Source of the DNA: the human T2T-CHM13v2.0 reference genome, Homo sapiens
Strand: one strand, 5' to 3'
Length of the DNA stretch: 64,000 nt
Assembly: GCF_009914755.1 (NCBI RefSeq)
Contig: NC_060928.1
This document shows positions 20,860 to 35,199 of the stretch, in pieces (within the stretch, counting starts at the first letter, position 1; every line of letters starts with the position of its first letter). The translations under genes were made by a program, and so were the position numbers. Under the pieces are notes generated by a model. It was given only the letters and a program-made list of their open reading frames with translations, made no database searches and was not told where the DNA came from.

Positions 20860-21262
20860 CATAAAATTGATAAGCTACGTATGCATGTTTCAAAGAAAAT
20901 AACACTATAATATAAAATTAAATGAGGAAAGATGAAAATATATTTATTTTAACACTATTAAACATTTATATATACTGCAATTTTATATATTGTGTACACG
21001 TACATACACATAGTAATATAAATATAAATGATGGATTGGAAATTTTAAATGCTAATTCCCAATAGAGTTTACTTGGTAAAAATGGTCAGCTATGGTATTG
21101 GAAAGAGTGCAAAGAAAGCTTTGACTGATATTGTCATCTATTATTTCTATAAAACATAAAGAAGTCTAAAAATGTAAAATATTAAAGTTTTACAGAGATG
21201 GGTGCTACGTACATTGTTTCTGTTACATTGTATATTTTTTCACTTGAAATATTTCATAAGAA
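20860..21262 (+). mobile_element. Old L1ME-like 3' fragment
   Basis: aaatgtaaaatattaaag..gggtgctacgtacattgtttc..ttgaaatatttcataa resembles an L1ME 3' terminus. Confidence 0.45.
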
Positions 21263-21894
21263 AAGATGTTAGAAAATAGGAATGCAGCAGAGACACAGAG
21301 AAGACTAATAGCTTTTGGCAAACTTACGAGGCACTCACTACTTAAGTTATGCCCTTCAACACACAATCTTAACTCTTACTGACTTCAAGAGGGAGCATAT
21401 GGTCACATCTCAAGAAAAGTTTTATTTGTAAGGAGTAAGATACTTGTGCCAAATAATAGAAAATTATTCTACTAGAGAATAGCATAGAAGTCAATGTGAC
21501 AGCTGAATGGCCTACTATTTGGTAACTTTTTTTGAGATTACACTAGGCATCTATATTTTTAGCAAGAGAGAATTTAGTGATCCTGTGTGTTACTGCCTAG
21601 AGAATAATCAGCAGTAGAGGTGATGTATGGGGCACATTTAAGGAGGTGGGCTGTGACTGCAATTAGGTTGAAATAGTTTTATTTCAGGCCAAATGTGAAG
21701 ATAACAGATATTCATACATTGTTTCACACTTTTCAAGTTTTACACTTTACAATTTAAATAAGTAGAGTTCTGTGGGGAAAAGAATAAAAGAGTTACTTGC
21801 CAATTTTTTTTTAAATAAAAGTCATTCTGCAAATACGGCAAATTACAAAAAAAAGAATATTATTTGTAAAAATATAAGACTCTAGGAAGGAAAG

Positions 21895-22286
21895 TGTATT
21901 AGTTTGTTTTCACAGTGCTCTTAAAGATATACCCGAGACTGGGTAATTTATTAAGGAAAGAGGTTTAACTGACTCACAGTTTAGCATGGCTGAGGAAGCC
22001 TCAGGAAATTTACAACCATGGCAGAAAGGGAAGCAAACATGTCTTTCTTCACAGGGCAGCAGGAAGGAGAAGTATGAAAGCCAAGCAAGGAGGAAACCCC
22101 TTATAAAACCATCAGGTCTCATGAGAACTCACTCACTGTTATGAGAACAGTATGAGCAGCATGAGAGTAACCACCACGATGATTAAATTACCTCCCACCA
22201 GGTCCCTTCCATGACACTTGGGTATTACAATTCGGGTTACAATTCAAGATGAGATTTGGGGAGGGCCATAGAGTCAAACCATGTCA
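21895..22286 (-). mobile_element. Solo THE1D-like MaLR LTR
   Basis: tgtattagt..cccgagactgggtaattta..caattcaagatgagatttggg..aaaccatgtca; TSD gaaag/gaaac. Confidence 0.9.
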
Positions 22287-23222
22287 GAAACATTATAATA
22301 AAGTACCTTGGAGATTTTATCTAATGTCCAATGAATTTATAAATTGAAAGTGTGTGTGTATGCATATACACACATGTATGCTCAAACACACACACCTTTT
22401 TATAAGTGTGGTTTTACATAACTTCTTAAAGTGGTCATCTCTAATTTTAGTAAAGTGAGAGTTTGAAAATGGAGCCCTTCAAAAACTTCCCTACTCAAGA
22501 TACTCAAGATCTTTTATATAATTTATATATTAAACATCTTTATTTGTCCTAAACCTGTCTTATTGATCAATGTGAGAAAATTTTCTTATCAAAAAATTTA
22601 GAAATATGTTTTAAGTGGGATATAGATTTTTTAATTAAAAAAAATTCACAACCCCAGATGGGTCATCTAGCTTGGAAATAAGATAGCCCCGTTAGTCCTA
22701 TACTGTAAATCTGCATTTGTTAAGGTACAACCTCATATATTTTACTAAAAATTTGTGAAAAATGCTTGATGTTGGTAGGAGATACTGATTCTGATATTTG
22801 AAATCATTCTGTTTAAATTGTTTTCTATATAAATCTAGTGATCAGCAAAGATTATAAATAAGATCCACACCTTTATGTTAAAATGAAAAAAATTGCTATA
22901 AGACATTTTTGTTTTAAATATTAATAGACATAATGATTAACAGAAATAATTCATTCTTAAATATAAAATACCTTTTAACAGGAATATTAAAGAATTAAAA
23001 ACCGTTATGAACATTAAATACCTAAAAAGGTATTTTAAAATATTTAAGTGAAAAACAAATTTATAATATCTAAATTAATTCTCAACTGATACATAATTTG
23101 TTATTAATGTTTTTACTTTAGATAAATTAATAAACACACAAAAATTAGTTCATTATTATTATTATGTGATTCATTTTAATTTTGTTTTTGAAAGATTTTC
23201 AGTTATATATGGACAAAAGATG

Positions 23223-23280
23223 CATTTCAGCATGTGTGTACTTTTCAGCATATGTGTACATTTCAGCATGTGTACATGTA
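23223..23280. repeat. Three copies of a ~17-18 bp tandem unit (tttcagcatgtgtgtac)
   Basis: Directly visible. Confidence 0.85.
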
Positions 23281-23559
23281 CTAAAAGTTTATTAATGGAG
23301 GAATGTCTGGGCTAACACTTTGGATACATATTTTGTACGTAGTGTTTGTTCCCTTAAACTCTACACTAAATCAGAATGGAATGATAAGGGTTTTAGGAAG
23401 CATGGAAGCTTGTGTATTCATGAGAAAGTGTGAAGAGATTGTTTTAATCAATAAATAGTAATTGTACATGGCAAACTGGGATAAAATATTGCACTTTGTC
23501 TTTATATAGTGATTGGCTTTAAAACAAAACAAAATAGAAAATTTCTTATGTATTCACTT

Positions 23560-24619
23560 TGTCAACTGTCCTTGTAGGTGAACTCGTCCATGCTCATAAT
23601 ATCATCCTGAATGTGACTATTCTAAAGTATTTGTGCCTAGCCAAGGATTATCTGAATGCCAAAAATTCACCTTCAGTTGTTAACTTGCTATCTCTATTTA
23701 GAGATCTGATAAAAGTCAAAACGTATGCCCAAATTGAGACTCCTAATTCTTTAAGTAAACCCACATGGCACAAAATGCACATTGATAATGGCATATGCGT
23801 TTATCCTCATGCCTTCCTCGACTCAGTGAATGACTTTACTACCACCTCAGTGCTTAGGCTGCAAACCTAGGAGTCCTTGGCTCTCATTCTGCACATCCAA
23901 CTCATTGGGTAGCTTAAGTAGGGTCTCCCTTTAAAAAAAATTTCAACTTTATAACTGCCCATTCCCATTTCACAGAATCAGAAGTCAATATGAACCCCAG
24001 AAATAAAGTAATAACTTCCTAACTAATCTTTGATTGGATTTTACACATCCTTTAATGCACTTTTGACATAGAGCCAGAATTATTTTCTTAAAAAATAAAT
24101 CAGATCAAATCAATCCCTTCTTTAAATCTTTAAATATCTGCTTATTCTACTTACAGTAAATTATAAAACTTTTACTTTGGCTTACAATGCCTTGTAGTAT
24201 GTAGTCCTTGAATCTCTATCTTGATATAAGAAAAAAATTCGCACCTTTTTCTCTGTTCCAAATTCATTGTTTTTTTTTTAAGGTTTAAAGATAGAAAGCC
24301 CATTAGCAACCCAGAGCTTTTGCATATTATCTTTACCTTTCCCTGATCATTATGGCTCCATCTCATCCTTTTGTTCCCAGCTTCCATAATACCTTCTCAA
24401 ACAGGATTTCCCTAATCACTTTATCCAAAACAAATCCTACATTTTTCTCAAATTCTTTTCAAGTATATTTCCTATAATGTACTTATCATAATTTGTAATT
24501 ACTGCATGTTTCTATTTATATGGTTTGTTATTGTTGCCATCTCTTCCAGTATAATTTAACTAATTAAAGGCTGAAGTTATATGTCTCTTATTTATCTTCA
24601 TGACTGTGACTTGTTACAC
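23560..24619 (+). mobile_element. L2 element; its 3' tip resumes after THE1C at ~26946-27005
   Basis: ctcagtgaatgac..gcttaggctgcaaacctaggagtcctt..cacatccaactca, ataacttcctaactaatct; tip aaacatttgttgactagatcaataaatg. Confidence 0.7.
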
Positions 24620-26945
24620 TGTATTAGTCTATTCTCATGCTGCTAATAAAGACCTACCTGAGAATGGGTAATTAATAAAAGAAAGATGTTTAATTGACTC
24701 ACAGTTCCACGTGGCTGGGGAGGCCTCACAATCATGGCTGAAGGTGAATGAGGAGCAATGTCACATCTTACATGGTTGCAGGCAAGAGAGCTTGCATAGA
24801 GGAACTTCCCTTCATAAAACCATCAGATCTCATGAGACTTATTCACTCTCTCAAAAGATCCGCCCACATGATTCTATTACCTCCCACAAGGTCCCTCCCT
24901 TGACATGTGGGAATTATGGGAGCTACAATTCAAGATGAGATTTGGATGGGGATGCAGCCATACCATATCATTCTGCCCCTTGCCCCTCCCAAATCTTTTG
25001 TCCCCACATTTCAAAACCAATCATGCCTTTCCAACAGTCTCCCAAAGTCTTCACTCATTTCAGCATTAACTCAAAAGCCCACAGTCCAAAGTCTCATCTG
25101 AGACAAAGCGAGTCTTTTCTGCCTATGAGCCTCTAAAATCAAAAGAAAGTTAGTTACTTCCTAGATACAATTGGGGTACAGGCATTGGGTAAAAACACCC
25201 TTTCCAAATGTTATAAATTGGCCAAAACAAAGGAGCTACAGGCCCATGCAAGTTCAAAATCCAGTGGGTCAGTCAAATCTTAAAGCTCCAAAATGATCTT
25301 CTTTGACTTCATGTCTCACACCCAGGTCATGCTGATTCAAGAGGTTGGTGCTCATGGTCTTGGGCAGTTCTACTCCTGTGGCTTTGCAGAGTACAGCTGC
25401 CGTAATGGCTGCTTTCACAGGCTGGCATTGAGTTTCCACAGCTTTTTCAGGTGCAGAGTGCAAGCTATCAGTGAATCAATCATTCTGGGGTCTGCAGGAC
25501 GCTGGTCCTTTACTCACAGTTTCACTAGGCAGTGTACCAGTGGGGCTGGTACACTGTACTGTGTGGGGGCTCCCACCCCATATTTCTCTTCTACAACACC
25601 CTAGCAGAGGTTCTCTATAAGGGCTCTGCCCCTGCAGCACACCTTTGCCTGGACATCTGTGTCTTTCCACACACCCTCCAAAACCTAGGTGGAGGTTCCC
25701 AAACCTCAGTTGTTGACCTCTGTGCACCCACAGGCCCAACCCCGCTGGTAAGCTGCCAAGGCTTGGAGCTTGCACCTTCCGAAGCCTTGGCCTGAGCTCT
25801 GTATTGGCCTCTTTTAGCCAAGGCTGGATGCAGGGCATCAAGTCCTGAGACTGCACAAAGCATCAAGGCCTTGGGCCGAATCTGTGAAATCATTTTTTCC
25901 TCCTAGGCCTCCTGGCTTGTGATGGGAAGGGATGCCATGAAGACCTCTCACATGCCCTGAAAACATTTTCCCCAATGTCTTGGCAATTAACCTTTGGCTC
26001 CTAGTTACTTATGCAAATTTCTGCAGCCAGCTTGAATTTCTTCTCAGAAAATGGGTTTTTATTTCCTATCATACATTTTCTGAACTTTTATACTCTGCTT
26101 CCTTTTTAAACATATGTTCAAATTCCAAACCATATCTTTGTGAATACGTAAAGCTGATTGCTTTAACAGCACACACATGACGTTTTGTATAGTTTGATGC
26201 TTAGAAACTTCTTCTACCAGATGCCCTAAATCATATCATCTCTCTCAAGTTCAAACTTCCACAAATCTCTAGGGCAGGGGCAAAATGCTGCCAGTCTCTT
26301 TGCTAAAACATAGCAAGAGTCACTTTTGCTCCAGTTTTCAACAAGTTCCTCATCCCCATCTGAGACCACCTCACCTGGACTTTATTGTCTATGTTAGTAT
26401 CAGCATTTTGATCAAAGCCATTCAACAAGTCTCTAGAAAGTTCCAAACTTTCCCACATCTTCCTGTATTCTTTTGAGCCCTACAAACTGTTCCAACCTCT
26501 GCCTGTTACCCAGTTTCAAAGTTGCTTCCACATTTTTGGGTATCTTTACAGCAGCACCCCACTTAACTGGTACTAATTTACTGTATTCATCTGTTCTCAT
26601 GCTGGTAATAAAGACACACCTAAGACTGGGTAATTTATAAAGGAAAGAGGGTTAATGCACTCACAATTCCACATGACTGGGGAGGCCTCACAGTCATAGC
26701 TGAAGGCAAATGAAGAGCAAAGTCATATCCTACATGGCAGCAGACAAGACAGCATTATGTAGGGTAACTCCCCTTTATGAAATCATCAGACCTTGTGAGA
26801 CTTATTCACTATCATGAGAACAGTATGGGAAAGACCCACCTGCATGATTCAATACCTCCCACCAGGCCTCTCTCATGACACATGGGAATTATGGGAGCTG
26901 CAATTGAAGATGAGATCTTGGTGGGGACACAGCCAAACCATATCA
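24620..26945 (-). mobile_element. Full-length THE1C-like MaLR: LTR 24620-24970, internal 24971-26581, LTR 26582-26945
   Basis: Two homologous LTRs (tgtatt..ccatatca) flank a ~1.6 kb THE1 internal region. PPT complement ttctgccccttgcccctccc at 24971. Confidence 0.93.
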
Positions 26946-28114
26946 AACCCATTCTAGCAACAGAGTCGAAAGATGATAAACATTTGTTGACTAGATCAAT
27001 AAATGTCTTCTTTGATGTATGTTTCAATAACTTAAACCCATTAAAAATTTTAATAAAAAACATTTAAAACTTTATTTCTGGCTAGCAGAAGTCTTACATA
27101 TTACATACTATTTATAATTATATTTTATATGTTATTATAGCATATATGGTAAACAAAGAAGGGATTCTAAGATGAGTTATTTCAACTGGAGACTACATAG
27201 AGAAAGTAAGAATACACACAAGTGCAATCACCTAGAAATTCAGAAGTTCATAACTTAATCCTATAAATCAATAATATAATATATTTCATCTTTATACAGG
27301 GTAAATTCTATCTACAGAATGCTTAAAGAATGCAAACATATTATGTTAATGTATAGAGGGGTACATCAATGATTAGACAGCATCTCATTAGTGTTGATTA
27401 TAATTTCCCTCTTCTTTCTTTTTACCTACTTCCTGCTTCCCTTTCCCTACCCTCATCAATTGCAAACATGGTTCAGCCCAAAAGTATTGGACCACATGGC
27501 TGGCAAACAGCAGTAATCAACAGACACTTCGTGATTGTTCTAGAATCAACTACCTGCTGGGGATTAACCAATTAATCTTTCCTCTAATAATCAAGAGATT
27601 AGTGCAGTTTTCCTTTAACTATGATTTGGGCTTTTATCTGTTTTTTTTTTTTTTCCCCATGCCATCTCATTATGCCCACTTATCAAGGGCTATTTGTAGC
27701 TAATGGTCTGCTAAATCTCACATACACAGGCTCCCCAGACTTGCCTCCTTTCTTTGGTAAATTTTTATAACACTGATTATTATTTCACAGTGGTATAGAC
27801 CCTGAGAGCTTTAGCAGCTGTTCAGATGAATAACACATAACCTGATTCATCCCTATTTTCCTTCACCTCTCATCCCAAATCTAAACATAGCTGATTCAAG
27901 ATCTTTAGAAATTCATCAAGTGTTACTTTCACTGATGTGGAAATTATAATTCCATAGATTATAGAAAACCGGTAAGCATAAATTTTCTTATATTCCAAAT
28001 AGTACATTTTCAAGTATTGTCCCTAGATTTTTTTTTTTTACTAAGAATTGCTTATGCTAGGAAGAATAATTGGAACACTTATCATGAAGCAATTGCTTTT
28101 TAAGGGTGTTACAT

Positions 28115-28210
28115 ATATTAACTTAGGATACAGCTTTAAGTGTCAAAGCTGGATTTCAAACTTAGGCAGGTGAGTTCCACAGCCCATTCTCTTAGCCAAA
28201 GCCACTAGGC
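28115..28210 (-). mobile_element. MIR fragment
   Basis: acagctttaagtgtcaaagctggatttcaaacttaggcag..cccattctcttagcca. Confidence 0.55.
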
Positions 28211-28356
28211 TTGGCACTTTTATTCTGTAATTAGTAGTTGTTAGTCTTTGAGTTTCCTGTCATATAAATCTACTATGTATTACTATGAATTTTCTATTCC
28301 ATGATTAGATGGTCATTCATGACCGTACGTTCTGTTCAGTTATGTAATTAATTGAA

Positions 28357-28620
28357 TGGTATATAATAGGAGAATAGTCAATTCTCAGAAAACAGAATTA
28401 GACTTGTGTTGGAATCACAGCTATGCTTGGAATATTTAGCTTGGAATATTTACCTGTGATATGTTTAGCAAGATATTGAACCTTTCTAATACTCTTTATT
28501 TTTCATTAGTAAAACTGAAAGAATAATATTTGTTTTCAGGGTTGTGACACAATTAGAGTACATTGGTAATGTGTACTGCTTGGTATTTGAAAAGAGCTTA
28601 AGAAGTGAGAATTACTAATC
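28357..28620 (+). mobile_element. MIR, near full length, with a 14 bp internal duplication
   Basis: ttggaatcacagct..gcaagatattgaacctttct..gtaaaactgaaagaataata..cagggttgtga; gcttggaatattta x2 at 28425-28452. Confidence 0.6.
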
Positions 28621-30524
28621 TATCACTTATAGTAATAAGTGATATGAGTAATTTAATAATACAATTAAATCAGTGTTCAGATATTTTAGCCTCAGATATT
28701 GTTAAAATAAAATATTTTATCCTCACCCTCAGGAGGTCCAGGATTTATAAGACATCTACACTAGGGTTCTCCCTGAGTACAATTTTAAAAGGATGGGATT
28801 GTATAAGCTCCCTTATCCTCCAAAGATTGCATATTATACTGAGATAATTATTCCACCCCAAATTAATTCATGGTCATGCATATATGGTCTCTAACTGTCA
28901 TTGTCCTGTATTAGCAGAACATTCAAAACTCAAAGGGTTTATATAAAAGTTTTCTTATTCCATATGTATTACATTTAAAAGTGACTAGCCAGAGGCTAAG
29001 TGTTCTGACATTAACACTGTATCACTAAACACTGAGATACCAATGATAAGGTTAAGTAAATCAATATTTATATTAAAGTACAAAAAGATAAAGCACAAAT
29101 ATTGCATTATCTTACTATATGACACAATGTAAGCCAGCTTTCTCCCAACTTTCACTGTTATTGCCAGAAAAGTGTTAAAATTTGAAAAAATAATCATACA
29201 AGTATTAGAATACTTTGAAAATGTATCTCCAAAGGTAGACAACCCAATTCCATTCCTACACATTAATAACAATATTGGTTGACTAATATACAAAATACAT
29301 TTATATTTATTTGTCAAGTTTTACAGTTCCTATTTGCTAAAGATATCAACACTTTTACAAGTTCTCTTAGCCACAAGCTAAGAAAATCTGACAAAAACAA
29401 TTTCATAACATTTCTACAACTAACACTGAGCCCCATAAAAGCAATAAAATGAAGAAAATAGCTGTGCATATGTGTATGTATTGAGTGTGTATATTTTAAG
29501 GACTACTTGCCTTAGTTTATTGCCATATGCTCCATACTTCTATTTAGAATTGACTATATAATCTTTGATATATAATCATAAGGGAAACAATGTCATATCA
29601 TGATGACTTCACGACAAATAGACTTTTATGGACACAAAGACATAACCTGAGATAGATTGCATGTTAGTTCATCTTTTAGGGTAAAAAAAGTATGACTATC
29701 ATAGTGGACCTATTTTCCTAAATCTGGTAAAGTATCAGACTATGAGGCTTAGCCTCTGAAATCATTATATGTGGAATTGAAGTAACTTCCAGTAGCGACA
29801 GATAATAAAAACTATAGAACGTTCGTTCTATTATCTGCTAGATGGCTTTTCTAGTCAGGACATTCTCAGGTACAGCACATTAGATTAGTTATTTTGAAAA
29901 GAACAAGGGCTGTATGATTCTACTGATACCTCCTGAGAGAATAAGATATAATTGAGAAGTATATCAGAGGCTTTTTGAGTATTCAAGAACAACAATGAAT
30001 ATCATTAAAACATCAAAACAATTAATTAATTAAAGGGATCACTCTTTGATTTTTCAATACTAATATTATTACAGGGATAGCCTATATGTGTTTCTTATAT
30101 AAATTACACTAGTCAATTAAAGGAGTAATTTATTTTTAATTGTTTATTGAAATTATATATGTAGATGTTTAGTTTTTGCTTTTTGTTGTTTTAGTTTTTG
30201 TTGTTTTTATTCCTCCTAATTTCACTAGAATGGCAACATCTTGTAGTATCCAATTCTAGGTTGTCATTTGACCTTGTTATCACAGCTCCTGGTGTTGGTA
30301 CATTTTATTTTTATAAATAAATACTTAGCTGTATGAACATCCCGATTAAACTTTATTAGTCCTGAAATCTCAGTATTGAAAGAAGTGGTATGATAACTTC
30401 AATTGTTGAAAACTTATAAAAACTGAACATTTGACTTGGATGACAAGCTTATTTAACCAATATGCTGTACTTTATTTGGACTTGCACAGCTCAGAAATTA
30501 TAGAATTCAGTGGGCATATGTGTG

Positions 30525-30655
30525 AAGCCTTCTACTCTACCTATTAACTGTCATTTTATGATCCTTGGTTTCTTTACCTGCAAAATGTTGCTTTATTACC
30601 TACTTCCCTATATTATTGAAGGATTAATTGTGGCCACTCATATATTTAAAGTAAA
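30525..30655 (+). mobile_element. MIR fragment
   Basis: ccttggtttctttacctgcaaaatg..tacctacttcc..gaaggattaa core. Confidence 0.55.
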
Positions 30656-32289
30656 TAAATCTTAGTTTTCTATTCTTGATAGCTTTTATTAAAATTTGTC
30701 CCTAAATCAAACTTTTAAGAATTTAGAAACTTCTACAATGTATTTTGTATTTAATATTAAGTATCTACCTCAGAAGGATCAGGTATCAATAGACACTGTG
30801 AAATGTAATTCCATATAATAGATCTATATCACAGACTTGAGCATTCATGTGCATTATATGTTCCATGTTACTATCACCATATAAGGATTTCAGCACACAA
30901 ATGTTAAATATTTTTGTTTCTGTTCAGTGGTCTATGTTACAACACAATAAAATATAAATCAGTTGGCTGATGATGTTAATTTCCTTTAATACCAGAATTG
31001 CATATCAAGGTCTCTTAATTCCTGCTCTGAAGTAGTTTTTCATTAAAAGATGAAAAGTGGAGATGTTCTATCCTCCAAGCAGAAGGTGTATCCAAAACAA
31101 TGTTAGCCTCCACAGACAGCGTATCCAGCGTATCCAGATGAATTAGATTGTGGGCTAAAATTAGATTCCTTTGGAATCAGTTCATTCATCCTGACCTATC
31201 AAGTGTTTGCAAAAATTGTGGCTAATATTTCACACTATTATCAAAACGTTGCATTTGATTTGGAATTTCAGAATTTTCACTCATGAGAGCATTAATCACA
31301 TAAAAAATCTATTCCCCACATGCATAATTTGAGTAAAGTCTAAGTATAAACTAATCTGGCATGTGTGCTAACTTGGTGACAACTACAGCACAGTTTGACT
31401 CAGCAATCACTCTGATATATTTTGCAATTATTTTAAATCATAGATATTCAACCATTCTTGTAAATGCCTGACTGAAAACCTGGGGCATCTTTCTCTGATT
31501 TGATAATTATCTCCTTGAGATGCTCAGTCTAGGATAGAACACTGCCGAGCTGAAAGTGCCTGTGAGTGAATAAAGACCTCTGCTAAACACGTGTAGAGCT
31601 TTCTGCACTTGCTATGTTTCCTTCTTATTCTGATAACCATTTTGAATACAAGGGTTGTTGATGACAGAGAAGAGGGAGAAAAAAGTAAATCTTCTCATGC
31701 TATTATGGCAGAAAACTCCTTGAATCTTGTACTTTATTGGCATTATGCCATCACCTATAAATGGCAGTCAAAAAACATTTATATCTCTCTGTATATATAA
31801 GGAGATAGAATACAAGATTTCTCAAGGCAACTGTGATTCTTTCTTTTTTATAATTTTATAATGTATGTCATCGTTGGAAAAATATATCAATTTTAAGCCA
31901 TATGGCAGTTTTTCTTAGCCCAGAGATTGTGTTTGTTTACCAAAACATGCTGATATGCCATTTTAGTTGTTTGATCCTAGCTTGGTAGACCATAAAATGA
32001 ATTATGTTATAAAAAAGAAAGGAAGAATTTCATATTTCCACCAACTTCTGGTGATGAAAGAAAGAGGTGAACATAGATGAGAAAGAAATGACCTCAATAA
32101 ACTGATGAGAGTTTGAAGATTCAAGACAGTAGCTCAGCGTTTTCAGACTCAGTACCTCAAAAGAAATAAAATTAATTTATATAAAGAAACATATGTATCA
32201 CAATATGTAAGACTACAGGTATGTGCAATACAATAACAGTCTGATACTTGTAGTTGTGGTAGAAATGATGAATAAACCCCTTTGTTATT

Positions 32290-34085
32290 ATTAAATATCT
32301 ATCTCTGGAATATTATTTGCTTTAAAAATTTGGCAATATTATTTCCTTTAAAATCTAGTGTGTGGGGTTTTTTGATATTATTTATAGCTATCCCAGCTTT
32401 AATATGATTACAGGAATCATGGGACACATTATATTTTATCATTTTACTATAACCTATATGTGTCTTCATATTTCAAATGTGTTTCTTATATGCAGAGTAT
32501 AGAGATGGGTGCTGTATTTGTACACAACCTGACTTTTGATTCTGTTGTTCAGATCATTTAGAATTCATGCGATTATTGATAAAGTTAGGTTGAAGTATTT
32601 TATCTTGCTATTTGTTTTCTTTTTGCCCCGTGTTTCTTGTTCCCTTTTTCCTTTTTTTTTTTTTTTTACTTTAGATTGAGGTATTTTTTGCAAATAATTC
32701 CAATTGATCTCAATTTTTGATTTATAAAGTATAAATGCCTTTTTTAACAAAAATGCTATTGATTACTTTAGCAGTCATTGTATACCGCTAACTTACCACA
32801 TCATCTCAAGTGATGGGCTTTCAGTTTCATTGTGCTTAGGATCTCCTGAATTATTATTTTCATCAAATTTGGCTAATCATTGGATAATCATAATTTATTT
32901 TTCATTAAATTTTTATGTCTCCTTTCTCTATCCTCTCCTTAGGAATCCAACCACCCATGTTTTAGACCAACTGAAGTTGTCCTACAGTTCACTGATACTC
33001 TTCGTTTTACATTTGTTTGCTCTCTGTATCATTTCAATAGTCTCTATGGCTTTTTCATCAAGTTCACTATTTTTTTCTTCTGAAATTATCTGAATTTAAT
33101 TCATTCAGTGTATTTTTTTCTTCTTAGTCATCACAGATTTTATCTTTAAAAGTTTTCTTTTGTGTTTTTAAAAACGTTTTCATGCTCTCTGCTTAACTTT
33201 TTCATGTGCTGAATATGGTTATGATATCTGTTCAAATATCCTTGCTTGCTAGAGTCCACCATCTGCATCAGTTCTTGGTCAACCTTGATTGATTTATTTT
33301 TCTTCTAATTTAGGATATCATTGTGTTGTTTCCTCTATAGCCTAGTAATCTTTGATTATATTGTAAATTTTACCCTGTTGGGTTTTAAACATTTTTATAT
33401 TCTTGTGTCTGGTTCTGGGACACAATCAGTTTACTTAATTAGTTTGATCCTTTCAGGTCTTGCTTTTAAGATTTGTTTGGCAGAAGTAAAGCCATGTTTG
33501 GTCTTGACCTAATTCTTCCCCACAACTTAAGGCCCTTCTCTGTTTTCTACCCTATGTCTAATGAATTATGAGATTTTTTCCCATCTGACTGAGGAAAATG
33601 GACACCCACACCGTATGAGTGCCTGATATCTCTCTTGTCATCCTTTCTGACTCTTCTTTTTTATTTTTATTTTTTTGATACTGTGACATGCACACGCTAA
33701 TAAATTTTCCACTGAATACCTGAGGAGGATCCTCGGCAAATCTTTCACGTTCTTTATCTGTGAACTTTCTCTTTTCTTGTACTCTGTGCAGCAACCTCTG
33801 GTTACCTTGGTTTCTCTGAACATTCAGCTCTGTCTTCTGCTAACTCTGCCATGTGCTCCCCTCCACACACGGCAGCATGGAGATTTCCTCAAAGCAGTGA
33901 GCTGGGACAATCACAGGGGTGAACTTATTGGTTTCCTGTCTCTCTGGGATCACTTTCCTTTGTTGCTTGATGTCCAATAACTTGAAAGCTCTGTTGTTTC
34001 ATATATTTGGTTTGATTTTTGCTTGTTTCAAATGAAAGAGAAATTCCAGGTCATGTTACTCCATTTTAGCTGGAAGCAGAATTCA
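32290..34085 (-). mobile_element. Ancient L1 (L1MC/MD/ME class): 5' UTR, ORF1 and start of ORF2
   Basis: Antisense EN-type tatagctatcccagcttt..gtgtttcttatatgcagagtatag. 5' terminus on minus reads ttctgcttccagctaaaatggagtaac. Confidence 0.65.
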
Positions 34086-34103
34086 AGTTTTCATAAAAAT
34101 ATG

Positions 34104-34105
<2 letters not shown>

Positions 34106-34152
<47 letters not shown>
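34106..34152. repeat. (TA)n microsatellite, ~23 units
   Basis: Directly visible. Confidence 0.97.
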
Positions 34153-34155
<3 letters not shown>

Positions 34156-34159
34156 CCAC

Positions 34160-34960
34160 TGGGCATGGCATCCTAGGATAGCAGTTTTTTTCCTCTTGTG
34201 AAGATAGCCCTTTTAAAAAAATCTCCTGAAATTGCATTATTTCTTGTGAAGCTAGCTATCAGTCTTATTGTATCTTCTCTGTAGAACATATTTTCCTCTG
34301 GCTGTATTTAAGATTTTTTTCTTTTTATTTAAAATTTTTTTACTGTAACATATCTAAATATGGTTTTATTGTTATTTATACTTCTTGGGTGTGCAATAAT
34401 TCTTGATTTTATTTGTGTGTGTATGTGTTTCTTGAGAAATCTGAGCCATCATATCTTTATATACTGTACTTTACATTTTTTTCTCCTTGCTGTACTTTGA
34501 GAACTCAGATTATCAGTATGCTATAATATATTATGAATTGTATTTCCTGCATCTCTTTCACTTTTCTCTCTTTGTCAAACTTTTGCTTTCCTGTATTTTG
34601 TGTACTTTTTTACTTATTTTTTAGTTGCCAGACTATCTTTTCTGTTGTGTTTAATCTTTGTTAAACCCATTCATTAAAAGTGTACTTTCACCTATAAATT
34701 TTTCAAATCTATAATTTTCATGAAAAAATTTTGTAGTTTGCATAGAGCTGTAAGAATACACTATCTTGTCGTTAGTAATCTCTAAGATAGCAAGCATACT
34801 ATTTTTTAGAACCCGCACCTGATAACTCTGTTTATTCTTCCTCTCCACATCAATTATGATACCATGCCTTTAATTATTCATGTTTATTTTGAAATGTGGC
34901 CTGACAAGGCATAAAATAGAGATAACTTGAGGCCTAGGATATTGTTATATTTTTCAAGAA
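34160..34960 (-). mobile_element. Ancient L1 ORF1-region fragment
   Basis: tgaagctagctatcagtcttattg..ttttcctctggctgtatttaagattttttcttt is typical antisense old L1 ORF1. Confidence 0.55.
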
Positions 34961-35199
34961 TGTATTTTTGTGATTATAAAATAGGTCATTTGCAAACCAA
35001 AACCACCTTTATGTAATCAAAGCCTGAAATATTTTGAAACAAAGCCATCAATTCTAATGATGCATCACCTGTGAACTGACACGAATCTGTCTTTTTAACT
35101 CCAAAATCTTTAATTCTGTAGCTATTTATATAATTAGGCTTCCATATAATTTTTAGTCCTCCTGGATGATGTTGCTTCACCATGCAATTTCATATCTCT

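Noticed and set aside
24711-27067. Cluster of 60-126 aa ORFs
   Set aside because: All lie within THE1C LTR/internal sequence, which is GC-richer and gives chance ORFs or decayed MaLR remnants.
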